Source: Candidatus Rariloculaceae bacterium
GTDB lineage: Bacteria; Pseudomonadota; Gammaproteobacteria; Steroidobacterales; Rariloculaceae
NCBI GenBank assembly: GCA_965262365.1
Contig: OZ253541.1
Coordinates: 962,292 to 1,026,291, forward strand
Direction: 5' to 3'
DNA: 64,000 nucleotides
The position numbers and the translations under genes were made by a program. Below the pieces are notes generated by a model. It was not told the origin of the DNA. It searched no databases and saw only the letters and a program-made list of their open reading frames with translations. This document shows positions 20,741-30,813 of this stretch, one piece after another; the first letter of the stretch is position 1; every line of letters begins with the position of its first letter.

Positions 20741-20762
20741 TGCCGCTCTGAAACGAGTCTAG

Positions 20763-20950
20763 CCCGGATATCTCACCAAAAAATGGAATGGGACCTCGAT
20801 TTGTCGGATAATGTGAGTTAGTTCAATCACTTACATTAGACCGACGGAGAGGTCCCATGGCGACACGGTGTACCCCGACACAACTTCCATTTCATCCCTT
20901 CGGACGTCGCGAGGTTCCCGGCGCCCAATATCTATACGAGAAGTTGTACT
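20763..20950 (+). mobile_element. IS1380-family remnant, internally deleted
   Basis: CCCGGAT end, MATRCTPTQLPFHPFGRREV joined to QYLYEKLYC. Confidence 0.75.
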
Positions 20951-21074
20951 GCGGGCCGAACCGGCCCGCGCTTCCTCCGCAGCTGCAGACATCCCGAGGC
21001 AAGGCCATACCTGGAGATCGGTCGTTGCGTGCCACCAGCGCGACAGAGCTGTGACAGCGCAGACGCTCTCGGCC

Positions 21075-22196
21075 TCATTCGGCAGATCGTCGATTGTTCT
21101 CACCGCTCAGGTCGACACAATCATAAGGCTGGTATTGGTCCGCCGCGACGTCAGCAATGTTTGCGCCGCCAAACGGTCTTGCAAGATAGAGCGGGTCATA
21201 AACCGTATAGCCACGTATCAACGTGCCATACTCCTCGTTGAAGTAGAAGCTTTCGACGATATGAGCTTGCTCGCTAATCATGATGTCCGCCATGCCAATC
21301 AGTGGCCGCTCCAGAAATCCGACTGTATCGACGATCAAGACGTTTTTCTCGTCCGTCCAAGGTAGATATGGTGCCCATCGGCCAATTGAGTGACCCGCAA
21401 TCGACGGTGCCAGATCGTCCGGATGATTAGTAATGTCGAGATGAATGGTCCGGACGAGATCGAGGTAGCCATAGCGAATGGTTATCTGGTCATAGCCTTG
21501 TTGAATCTCGTTGATCTGCGACTGCCGGGACCAGTCCGAAACAATGTTACCGCTCTCGCAGAAGAGAACCGGGTTGTCGAAGTTGAAGTCGAAATCCTCC
21601 GACGCGGCCTGACCAGCAGCGGTTAGCGCGGGCGGTTCGCCAGGTACGTCGCCTATGGGCGAAGCGGAGCGAGTCACCCAGGACCCGGAGATGTTCGGTT
21701 GCCCGTTCGGGAGATACAGAGGCCGCGAACTCACCTCGGCTGCACTCGCGACAATTGGCGCGGGAGCCGCCTCACCCTCTATACGCCCACCCGCCAAGAC
21801 TTCACGCCCGTCTGACAGCGTCATCGTCTCCATAGCGCAGGCGTTCCCTTCACGCCGGGCCCTCGCGCCGACAATTCGGACTGAATGTCCGGCAGCCAGA
21901 GTGTCCGGATACCATCCCCGGCGAGTGAGCTGAATCGCGCCGGCGAGTTCGCAACGCCAGGAAGTCGTTAGTCCATCGGAGTCGACGACATCCAGATGAA
22001 CCCATGAGTGCGGATTGACGAAATGCATTTCCGTGACCACACCCTCGAGCGTAACCAGATCATCGAAATCGAAATGGGGAGCAGAACCGTGATGAGCGAA
22101 TAGCTGACTACTAGGATTCAGAACCAAAGCCATCATGAACAGCGACCGCACGACGTTGGCCGTGCGGTCAGGCTTCTCATTGAACATACTGATCAT
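21075..22196 (-). CDS. Secreted DUF6152 plus C-domain fusion protein
   Basis: LFA|HHGSAPHFD, FVNPH, WRCEL, GHSIGRW, PYDC; start uncertain (22196 or 22187). Confidence 0.8.
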   Translation of the reverse strand: MISMFNEKPDRTANVVRSLFMMALVLNPSSQLFAHHGSAPHFDFDDLVTLEGVVTEMHFVNPHSWVHLDVVDSDGLTTSWRCELAGAIQLTRRGWYPDTLAAGHSVRIVGARARREGNACAMETMTLSDGREVLAGGRIEGEAAPAPIVASAAEVSSRPLYLPNGQPNISGSWVTRSASPIGDVPGEPPALTAAGQAASEDFDFNFDNPVLFCESGNIVSDWSRQSQINEIQQGYDQITIRYGYLDLVRTIHLDITNHPDDLAPSIAGHSIGRWAPYLPWTDEKNVLIVDTVGFLERPLIGMADIMISEQAHIVESFYFNEEYGTLIRGYTVYDPLYLARPFGGANIADVAADQYQPYDCVDLSGENNRRSAE

Positions 22197-22327
22197 GTCA
22201 ATCACCACATCGACCTCCTTGCACATCGTTTTCGCCTTAGCGTGGCCATTACTAGCCGATATTCCGCATAAGGGGAGCACGATTTCTTATCAACCGAGTA
22301 TCGCTCGCGCTTCACCCGACGCGCTAC

Positions 22328-23613
22328 GCAGCGAGTAGCCGATTAACCGCCGGACTTTACTGATTTTGGCGAAGACGCGGGAACAGGCGCGCGGCGTTAT
22401 CCCGTTCGATTAGTACGACGTCTTCCTGGCTTAGTTCGGGAGAGTTTTGCAGCACCGTGTCGGACTGCGAGACTAACGACGGCGACGAGATCGGCAAGTC
22501 AGTGCCGAATACTACGTTAGATGAATCAACCAGCTTGAGGAGCGCAGCCAGGGAATACGGCGACGCTGATTGAGCCGTGCCGTAATAGAGTGTCTTCATG
22601 TAATGCAGGATGCCTTCCGGTGCCCGTTCCAATACCTCGGGCGTATTGCGAACAGCCTGGTCGTCAAGGCGCGCCGCGATATAGGGAGCGGCGCCGCCTG
22701 CGTGTGCCGTTATAAATCGAATGTTTGGGTGTCGTTCGATGTTGCCGCTCGTGATGAGATTCAGTATCGCACGAGTGGTCTCAAATACGTATTCGATCAC
22801 GGAGCTCTGAAAATCCAGATTGAGTTCGTTGAAGTAGAATGGGCTGGTCGGATGCATTAAAACGACCGTGTTACGTCGATCCAATTCCTCCATCAGCGGT
22901 TCGAGTTCAGGAGCACCAAGATAGACATTGTCGGCGCTGGGGTTCAGTGACATTCCGTCGAGCCCGAGCGTGTCGAGTGCATAAATCGCTTCGTCAACTG
23001 AGGCTTCGGCGTCGTACTGCGGCACCATTGCGAGAGCCCCGAACCTTGTCGGATAGGACTGTACCAACTCTGCGGCCGCTTCATTGACTACCCGGCAGAG
23101 TTCGCTCGACACTCTCTCTCGGGTTCCGTACCGACAGCAACCCAGTCTGGATGTCGAACCGATCCATCAACGACAGCGCCCTTTCGGGTGTCCACTCGCC
23201 GCCCGGCCATGCGGCACCGATGCTTACACCTCGAAAGGCGGTCGTGATCGGAGGCGGATGCCAGTGATGGTGGACATCGATCCGGCCTGGAGTTTGCGCC
23301 AGAGCCAATGGAGTGAGATTTGTAGCCGCGAAACCCGCGACCCCCATACCAGCCAAGTGAAGTGCATCACGCCGGGTGATCGTATCTGTGCATAGCTTCA
23401 TCCGCGATAAGCCTCTACTCGGAGAGAAGATGATTGAAGTTCAACATCGTAGTATTCGTAGCAGCGTACTTTTGGATCCGCCGCTTGTAAAGCTGCCGGA
23501 GATACTCCGATCCAGTCTCGATGCGTCTGATTCCAGCGCTCAATCGCTTCAACCTGAGCCATAGAAATATCGAAGACTTGCTGGCGGAACGGAATATCAC
23601 CGCAAGCTACGAA
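22328..23613. repeat. About 1.3-kb direct repeat, copy 2
   Basis: Near-identical to 4273-5561; lacks the segment 5562-5795. Confidence 0.95.
22357..23401 (-). pseudogene. Frameshifted copy of the Tat amidohydrolase
   Basis: (CT)4C at 23112-23120 versus (CT)5C in copy 1 splits it into ORFs 23081-23401 and 22357-23112. Confidence 0.9.
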
Positions 23614-23633
23614 GGGCGGAGCAATCGCACCGC

Positions 23634-23662
23634 AAAAAACACCCCTTTCGGGGCATTTTTTT
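23634..23662. terminator. Terminator-like hairpin (copy 2), followed by CCCTGTCCGCCA att-like 12-mer at 23669-23680
   Basis: Same hairpin as 5816-5846. Confidence 0.65.
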
Positions 23663-23835
23663 GACGACTGGCGGACAGGGAACCCCTGCTTCTTCTCAGA
23701 CCTAGTATAGATACATAATTATATATGTTATTTTCCGTATGATCTATAAAACTAGATCAACTCTTGCCTTGCCTCCAAATGTGATGATATCTTATGCCAT
23801 ATCAGTTTGTATTATTGATGCATAAAAACAGATCA

Positions 23836-24438
23836 ATGAGCTACGCAACCGACCACATCGCGACGATCCTAAAAAACGCCCGCGAGGCCAAAGGCCTGAG
23901 CCAGCGCGCCCTGAGCGGCCTTGCCGGCATGCCGCAAAGCCATATCTCGAAGATCGAGAACGGGGCCGTCGATTTGCGCCTTACGAGCCTGGTCGAACTA
24001 GCCCGCGCCCTTGATATGGAACTCACCCTGGTCCCTCGCAAGAGCCTGCCCGCGGTCAATTCCATTGTCCGCGGCACCAAGGGCGAGCCGCGCCGGGTCG
24101 GCAAACGCACCGCCGCCATCGGCAAGGAATTTAAGCGCCTGCAGGCAAACCTGAACAGGGTCTTGCACAAATACCCAACCAATCCCGAACTTGCCCAGTT
24201 CCAGCGCGCGATCCACGACCTGCAAAACTTGCGCTTCAATTTCCTCGGTGTCGACGAGCTGCAGGATGCGAACAGGGCGATCGACCGGTTCATCGAACAT
24301 GAAGATCCCGATGGCCTCCGCCACGCACTCCTTAAAGTGAAGAACCTGCGCAATGCCGCCGTGCACAGTTCGGCATCTGCCCCGGCAGATACCGTGCGCC
24401 CGGCTTACGCGTTGGAGAAGGATGAACATGGCCAATGA
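23836..24438 (+). CDS. XRE/HipB-like HTH antitoxin with long C-terminal extension
   Basis: AREAKGLSQRALSGLAGMPQSHISKIENG; overlaps the hipA start. Confidence 0.85.
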   Translation: MSYATDHIATILKNAREAKGLSQRALSGLAGMPQSHISKIENGAVDLRLTSLVELARALDMELTLVPRKSLPAVNSIVRGTKGEPRRVGKRTAAIGKEFKRLQANLNRVLHKYPTNPELAQFQRAIHDLQNLRFNFLGVDELQDANRAIDRFIEHEDPDGLRHALLKVKNLRNAAVHSSASAPADTVRPAYALEKDEHGQ

Positions 24439-25669
24439 TGTCACCGTCCTTAGTGTGCTGCTTTACGGCAAGCCGATCGGCACGCTCACACGGCTTTCCG
24501 GCGACCGGACGCTGTTCGCCTTCAACGACTCCTACATTGCCGACAAGAACCGGCCGACGCTCAGCCTTCAATTCAAGGATGACCTTGGCAACCTGATAAC
24601 GGACTTCAATCCCGTGAGGACGCGCGTCATGCCGTTCCTTTCCAACCTGCTGCCTGAAGGACCGATGCGCTCCTACCTTGCAGAACGTGCCGGCGTGAAT
24701 CCCGCACGTGAATTCTTCCTGATCTGGGCCCTTGGCGAGGATCTGCCCGGCGCCATCTCCATCCAGCCCACCGATGGCGAGGCGTGGCCTTTCGATGCCG
24801 ATGGAGGACTCGAAGCGCCCGGTCAAGATGCAAGAGCGAACGCGCTGCGTTTTTCCCTTGCGGGCATGCAACTCAAATTCTCGACAATCCAGGATGCGCG
24901 CGCGGGCCTCACCATCCCCGCCAGGGGAGTCGGCGGTTCATGGATCGTAAAGCTTCCCGCGCGTGAGTTCGAAGGCGTTCCCGAGAACGAGTTTTCGATG
25001 ATGACTCTCGCCCGCCTTGTCGGCATCGACGTGCCGGCCGTGAAGCTGGTTGACGTTTCAGACATCGGGAACCTGCCAGGCGGCATCGAAACACTCAAGG
25101 GGCAGGCCCTTGCCATCGAGCGATTTGACCGGCTCTCCGACGGGACTCGAGTCCATATCGAGGACTTCGCGCAAATCTTCGGGCTCTATCCCGAAGACAA
25201 GTACCGCAAGGCGAGTTCGATGAACATCGCCACCGTCATCCGTGCCGAGTGCAATGGTGCCGATATCGCAGAGTTCGTGCGGCGCCTGACCTTCAATATG
25301 CTGATCGGCAACGCGGACATGCATGTCAAGAACTGGTCGGTCATGTACCCCGATACGCGTCATGCCGTGCTTGCGCCGGCCTACGACTTCGTGGCGACGA
25401 TTGCCCATATCCCTGATGACACGGCTGCGCTGAAGCTCAGCCGCACCAAGCGTTTTGACGGTTTTTCCGAAGATGAACTTTCGCACATGGCCGCACGGGC
25501 GCGCCTGCCGGAAAAGATCGTGCTCGATACCGCCCGCGAAACGGTGGCCCTGTTCCATGATCGGTGGCAGGCCGAAAAGAACAACCTGCCACTAGCGGCT
25601 GACACGGTGAAGGCCATCGAGGCCCACATGAAGAAAATTCCGCTGGCAAACCCCCAGGCGGCGGCCTAG
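24428..25669 (+). CDS. hipA: HipA-family Ser/Thr kinase toxin
   Basis: FLSNLLPEG, FSLAGMQLK, IERFDR, LIGNADMHVKNWS, LAPAYD. Confidence 0.9.
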   Translation: MANDVTVLSVLLYGKPIGTLTRLSGDRTLFAFNDSYIADKNRPTLSLQFKDDLGNLITDFNPVRTRVMPFLSNLLPEGPMRSYLAERAGVNPAREFFLIWALGEDLPGAISIQPTDGEAWPFDADGGLEAPGQDARANALRFSLAGMQLKFSTIQDARAGLTIPARGVGGSWIVKLPAREFEGVPENEFSMMTLARLVGIDVPAVKLVDVSDIGNLPGGIETLKGQALAIERFDRLSDGTRVHIEDFAQIFGLYPEDKYRKASSMNIATVIRAECNGADIAEFVRRLTFNMLIGNADMHVKNWSVMYPDTRHAVLAPAYDFVATIAHIPDDTAALKLSRTKRFDGFSEDELSHMAARARLPEKIVLDTARETVALFHDRWQAEKNNLPLAADTVKAIEAHMKKIPLANPQAAA

Positions 25670-25856
25670 CCTGCATCCGTCACCGATTGCGCTGATTGAG
25701 CCATTTTGGCGGTGTGGACGGCATTCGTTCGACCGAAGGCGTTGTATTCCATCAGGGGCAGGCTGGGATGCGTGCCGACGATGGGGCCGGACGGCAAACT
25801 GTACGGCGTGGCCGTAGGCCGTAATGAACGCCACCATCATCCCGGAGACCCGAGGC

Positions 25857-26981
25857 TGTGCCTCCCACTTATTAATCCGACAGCCGCTCACGCGGCCACC
25901 CTAACGTATTCGTGATGGAGCCCACCGACGCGCTTGAACTCAACCACGCTCTTCAGCTCAGGCGGCTGCGTTGGTCGCCTCTCTGGGGCGTCTTTATCTA
26001 AGGAGAGGTGCGTTCTGGTGCCATCGTAGTGGTCCACATAGCTGGAGAGGATCCGTTTGAGATGGCGCTCTCCCAGAACGATCGTGTGATCCAGGCACTC
26101 TCGCCGTATCGAGCCAATCACGCGTTCAGCGTACGGATTCTGCCAGGGCGATTGTGGCGCAGTGGGAATCTGCTTGATGCTCAGCGCCCCCGCCGGGCGT
26201 TGAAACACCTCCCCGTAGATCGCATCTCGATCTCGGATCAAGTATCGGGGGGTCTCCTCGGTTCCGCACGCCTCCAGAAGTTGGAGTGCTGTCCACGCCG
26301 CCGTCGGATGTTCTGTCGCGTTGAAGTGCAACATCCGCCGCCGATCGTGGCTCAGGATCACCAGTACAAACAAGACCCTGAATGTGGCCGTGGGCACGGT
26401 GAAGAAATCAAGCGCAATAAGCTCTCTGGCATGGTTCTCAAGGAAAGTTCGCCAGGTCTGAGACGGCGGTCCGCGCCGTCTGATCATGTACTTTGAAACC
26501 GTCGACTCGGAAATTTCGATGCCCAGCTTGAGCAATTCGCCGTGGATTCGAGGCGCACCCCACAAGGGATTGCTTCGACACATCCGCCGTATCAGCGCTC
26601 GATTCTCAGGACCAATCTTAGGGCGGCCGCGACCACGGCTCTTCCACCTCCAGTAGTACCTAAACCCTTGCCGGTGCCAGCGCACGACGGTTTCAGGCTG
26701 CACGATGTGGAGGGCGCCTCGCCAACCGGACCAGATTCTCGAAATGAGCACCCAGAACAACCGATCCGTATCCGTCAATCGGGGCCGTGGATGGCAAAGC
26801 TTCAGCACGGCGAGTTGTTGGCGAAGGACGAGGTTCTCAAGGGCTAACTCGCGTCGGGAACGAAGCGCCGATCTCAGCGCTCGAACGATGATCTCCAGCC
26901 ACTTGAACATGTTGGAAAGACTAGCCGGATCCCTCGGGAAAACACAATAGAATCAGGCCCGGCGAATAAACGGGAGGGACA
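25857..26981 (-). mobile_element. IS481/IS3-like element with rve integrase-core transposase (CDS 25888-26910)
   Basis: LALENLVLRQQL, WGAPRIHGELLKLG, DFF, IRDRD, QNPYAERVIGSIRRECLD; imperfect TGT..ACA terminal inverted repeats. Confidence 0.85.
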
Positions 26982-27137
26982 ACCGGGGACTGCGCCGAGT
27001 GCGAGGGTAGCGGTATTTGCCTGGAATGCGACGGTTCGGGTGATTGCCCAAAGTGTGAGGGCCGTAGCATCCCTTGGGAATTGGACGGTGCTGGCGTTTA
27101 TGATCCTAAACTCGTCAGGCCTTCAATCGACAAATAG
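26982..27137 (+). pseudogene. DnaJ-type CxxCxGxG zinc-finger fragment cut by the IS
   Basis: TGDCAECEGSGICLECDGSGDCPKCEG; begins exactly at the IS end. Confidence 0.7.
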
Positions 27138-27626
27138 GTCTGTATTCTCGCCCGGTGGTAGTTCCGGGGGTGGATTAATCGCAAGCATCTTGCTATCGAT
27201 TCTTGGAATCTTTCCGTCCAATTTCGTTAGATCGTTATCGTCAAAAGTGTGTAGTTCATCGACATTATTTAGTATGCAAGTCGCTACATGAATTGCATCT
27301 TGCGGTTTGCGTATCGTAGGAAACTTGCGTAACAATCGTCTGGCAACGATTCCTACGTCTGAATCGACATTCACTTTCGTAATGAAGTCTTGTTCGATGA
27401 AGTCTTCAAATTCTCTATCTTTTGATTCCTGAATAGAGACGTTTTCACCTTCGCATTTCTTCTTCCACACTTCGGCTAGAGTGAACGCAGAAGTCCAAAT
27501 TTAAGCTCTGCCAGTCACGGCAAGTTCCAAGGCGTACTTGCACCGTTTAACGCGCGCCTGATCTTTTTGAGTGATTAACTCAATCCAAATGCAGGCATCC
27601 CAGTAATATTTGGGTCGATTAGTCAT
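27123..27626 (-). pseudogene. PIN-domain (VapC-like) ribonuclease with in-frame TAA
   Basis: MTNRPKYYWDACIWI...GRA*IWTSAFTLAEV...QDAIHVATC..LHTFD; stop at 27501-27503. Confidence 0.85.
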
Positions 27627-28464
27627 TTCCGACATCCCAAAGTCTGTCTATATATTTTCTAGGTGAAATCCCTTCCGTAAAATTTGGATCATGCAAATCA
27701 TCAATGGACGTTTCAACAGTCTCAATAAAGAAAATGCGCCCTTTAAATATGCGAATCAACTTGCCAGTGTAATCGTAATTTAACTCGCCGTTGATGCGGA
27801 CGCGACGTTTTTTCCAAACATCAGCGGCCGTGAGTTTACGCTCAATTTCTTGTTGTAAATCCTTATCAATTCGACAGGAAATAGTCCTTCCAGTAAGGTT
27901 GTCTATAACGTGGATCGCTGGTTCGTTGTTGTCAGTTCCTACGTCGACAATTTCGCCCTCCATAGAGCCAATCTCGCGCCGCGAAAAACTAGCGAAAAGA
28001 TATCGATAAAGGTCATCATCCTTTCGTTCTATTAGGTTTATCGAACGCTCCGCCGTTTTTTGGTCAAACTCAATTATTGGGTCGTCATCACCAAATGAGA
28101 GCTGAGTGGTTCCGATGCCGTTTAGGTTTCGCTTTAGCAGACTAACTGCAACGTCTCGCTTTTCCTCAGGAAAATCCGGACCGATATTTTCCCCGGCACG
28201 TAGGCGCTCCAAGCCTTTCCGCACTGTGTTGACGTGATCCCGAATTAACCCGTAGCCTCCGGCGTTTGTGCGCAAATCTACAGGCTCGCCGGTAACAGTG
28301 AATGGACTCGATGTTCTCGCGGAAGTCAGCTTCCAGATAACGTTGGTTTGTGTTTGGTCCGTGATTAGATCGAAATAATCCAAGACCTGTTGCATGGCGT
28401 CCTGGATATCCAATATCTCCGGGTGATTCTTAGATGCATCGATGGTAATTGTGTATGGTTTCAT
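27619..28464 (-). CDS. Hypothetical 281-aa protein coupled to the PIN gene
   Basis: Low-GC open ORF; its stop overlaps the PIN ATG; beta-rich C-half. Confidence 0.8.
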   Translation of the reverse strand: MKPYTITIDASKNHPEILDIQDAMQQVLDYFDLITDQTQTNVIWKLTSARTSSPFTVTGEPVDLRTNAGGYGLIRDHVNTVRKGLERLRAGENIGPDFPEEKRDVAVSLLKRNLNGIGTTQLSFGDDDPIIEFDQKTAERSINLIERKDDDLYRYLFASFSRREIGSMEGEIVDVGTDNNEPAIHVIDNLTGRTISCRIDKDLQQEIERKLTAADVWKKRRVRINGELNYDYTGKLIRIFKGRIFFIETVETSIDDLHDPNFTEGISPRKYIDRLWDVGND

Positions 28465-29006
28465 TTGCGCGTTTCCCCGCCGCCGTGTGTTCTTGCGACA
28501 AGATTACGGAAGATAATCCAATGGTTATGGGCTGTCGTTGTAATCTCTTGGCGTGTATCCCCTAGCTGCGCTCTCCGGATGATGGAGCCGCCAACCAAAA
28601 GGAAAAAGCAAGCGCCTAAGGGGTCAAGTCCCTTAAATGAAATCGCAGAGCCCCTTTCGTTCCTGGTGGTGGCCATCGTGGCACCGAATACATTTCAGGC
28701 CGCGAAGGATACACGAGCAGAGATATGCGAGCATCCGAAGCACGTGTGCAGATTGTTGACGATACCGTGTAGGTTTCGTTGTCAGGGTTTGCGACCTAGA
28801 GCGGTAACCGGCCCCCATGTCGGGAGCTAGCGGGACCGGCAGGGCTGCAAAAAAAATAGTTCATTCTGTGGGCATTGACCGTGATTTGCTCGGGTAACTG
28901 GCCGTCGGTTGTACTCTTCGCGCCGTTGACTGGTCGCCAGCGCCCGCGTTTGCCAGCGCATATGATACCTTTCGCCCACAGTTGCGGATCCGTTCGGGGA
29001 ACCAAC

Positions 29007-29450
29007 ATGACGAGAGCATTGCTCCACACCATTCTGGTCATCGCCGCCACGCTGATTCTGGGCGTGCAACCCGTCGCCGCGCAGGAACGCTCGGAGGATT
29101 ACGAGGAAGGCTACCGCGACGCAGTGTGCGACGTGTTTGGCGAACTCGCCCCCCTGTTGTCGTTGTTCGTCCCCATGATTGCCGCCTCCGATCCCGACTT
29201 TACTATGGCCGACTTTTTCGCTATGGCCGAGGAATGCGGCATAGACTTGTCGGAGGCCGCTCCGGAATCGACTCCCGAACCGGCCGATTCCGCCCGGTGT
29301 GAACGCCTGGCGGCGTTGATTGCGCCGCTTGACGCCGAGATAGACCGCTTGTTGGCGGCATCTACCGACATCGGTACCTCTTTGGAAATCCAGCAAGCCC
29401 GAAGTCGCAGGCGTGACATCGACCGGGAAATGCTACGCGCCGATTGTTAG
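29007..29450 (+). CDS. Hypothetical secreted protein
   Basis: Signal peptide ending VAA|QE; four Cys; coiled C-terminus. Confidence 0.65.
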   Translation: MTRALLHTILVIAATLILGVQPVAAQERSEDYEEGYRDAVCDVFGELAPLLSLFVPMIAASDPDFTMADFFAMAEECGIDLSEAAPESTPEPADSARCERLAALIAPLDAEIDRLLAASTDIGTSLEIQQARSRRRDIDREMLRADC

Positions 29451-29519
29451 GTCCGCGCTCTAGGCCCCGGAAATTGCTCTAATCGGGCAGATGCGGTAGT
29501 GATCGAGGGCGGTGTTGCG

Positions 29520-30122
29520 ATGACTTACGAAGAAGCGATCCAGGCCGCGCAACGGGGAGACTCCGAAGGACAGTTCGAAGTAGGGGTCATGTATGCGGGC
29601 GGCGAAGGCGTCCCGAAGGATGCTGTAGAGGCCGAACGCTGGCTCCGCAGCGCCATCGGGCAAGAACACGCGGGTGCGATGCTCTATTTGGGGCTTCTAT
29701 ACGCCCACGGAGACGTCGTTCAGCAAGACAATGCAGAGGCCGAGCGTTTGGTTCGTCAATCCGCTGAATTGGGCTTCCGCAAAGCACAGCATGCACTCGC
29801 GTGCTGGTACGACGAAGGCTGGATTGTCACACGGGACTATGTGTTGGCGGTGCATTGGTTTCGGGAAGCCGCCAAACAAGGCGACGCGGTCGCGCAGTAT
29901 TTGCTTGCCGAAAGGTATAGGTATGGTGTCCGGGGTGCCCGAAAGAACCACCTAAAGGCGTGGTATTGGTTTCGGCGCGCTGCCGTGCTAGGCGACGACT
30001 TAGCTCAGGACGAACTCGACAAAATGCACGATGAAATGTGGTACCAGACCCGTAGCGTGCTCGCCGGTTTGATGTTGGTCGGTTTCGTTTGGGCGGCAGC
30101 AGTGATTCTCAGAAAACTATAG
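29520..30122 (+). CDS. Sel1-repeat protein with C-terminal TM anchor
   Basis: Four repeats of AQ..LG.xY..G.GV.KD..EA..W...AA..G. Confidence 0.85.
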   Translation: MTYEEAIQAAQRGDSEGQFEVGVMYAGGEGVPKDAVEAERWLRSAIGQEHAGAMLYLGLLYAHGDVVQQDNAEAERLVRQSAELGFRKAQHALACWYDEGWIVTRDYVLAVHWFREAAKQGDAVAQYLLAERYRYGVRGARKNHLKAWYWFRRAAVLGDDLAQDELDKMHDEMWYQTRSVLAGLMLVGFVWAAAVILRKL

Positions 30123-30604
30123 ATTTAGTGATCTGCTAGACCGAAAATATCTGGCCTTCGAATCAGGGCAAGGCATCCAAACAATTTCATTATTGATTCA
30201 TTACAATAGTGTCGGTCTGAGTTCGTATCGTCTAGTTGTTCGATACATCTAGACCAATTTTCACTGGCCGTTGGTGGTTCCAGTCCCGTCGCGGGAGTAA
30301 TACCAAGAAGCATGCCTGTATCAGCGAAAGATACGAATACGGCGGAATTGTAGTCTGGTACACAGCCGGACATAAAAATGTCAACTAAGTGGCAAACAGC
30401 TCGCCAATCCCCGACGTGGAATTGGTGGGATGGTTTCAGGCGTTGCGCAAATGCGCGCGGACTTGCTCCGGATTGCGATTGCGCCCGTTCGACTTGTCTG
30501 GTCTTCCATTTGTTGCTGCACCGATACAAAAACGGGGAACGATTGGGGAACCAAAAATTATCCGACAGTAAAAATATTTATAAATCAATACGTTAAAAAT
30601 ATAT

Positions 30605-30620
30605 AGTGGCGGAGAGGGTG
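30605..30620 (-). other. att core: 16-bp copy of the tRNA-Ser 3' end
   Basis: AGTGGCGGAGAGGGTG identical to 45620-45635; flanked by arm-like repeats (GGGGAAC x2 left, ATACCCCC x2 right). Confidence 0.8.
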
Positions 30621-30813
30621 TCCTTGTTAATCCTATTGAATACAATGCGTTGCGTTTAATGGATTGAGAAATACCCCCGCTGATACCCCCAGCCTTTCGG
30701 CATTGGAATTTCTGCCCCATCTATTTTTATGTTCTCGTATTTACATGGCTATTAACCATGTAAATAGATCGGTGTTAAAATAAACCGCCCAATAAATTTG
30801 AACGTGTCCGATT

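Noticed and set aside
28615-28640. TAAGGGGTCAAGTCCCTTA hairpin resembling a tRNA T-arm
   Set aside because: No acceptor, D or anticodon arms around it.
30125-30529. Low-GC ORF left of the att site
   Set aside because: No motif; its 5' part runs into att arm sequence; at most an unidentified fragment.
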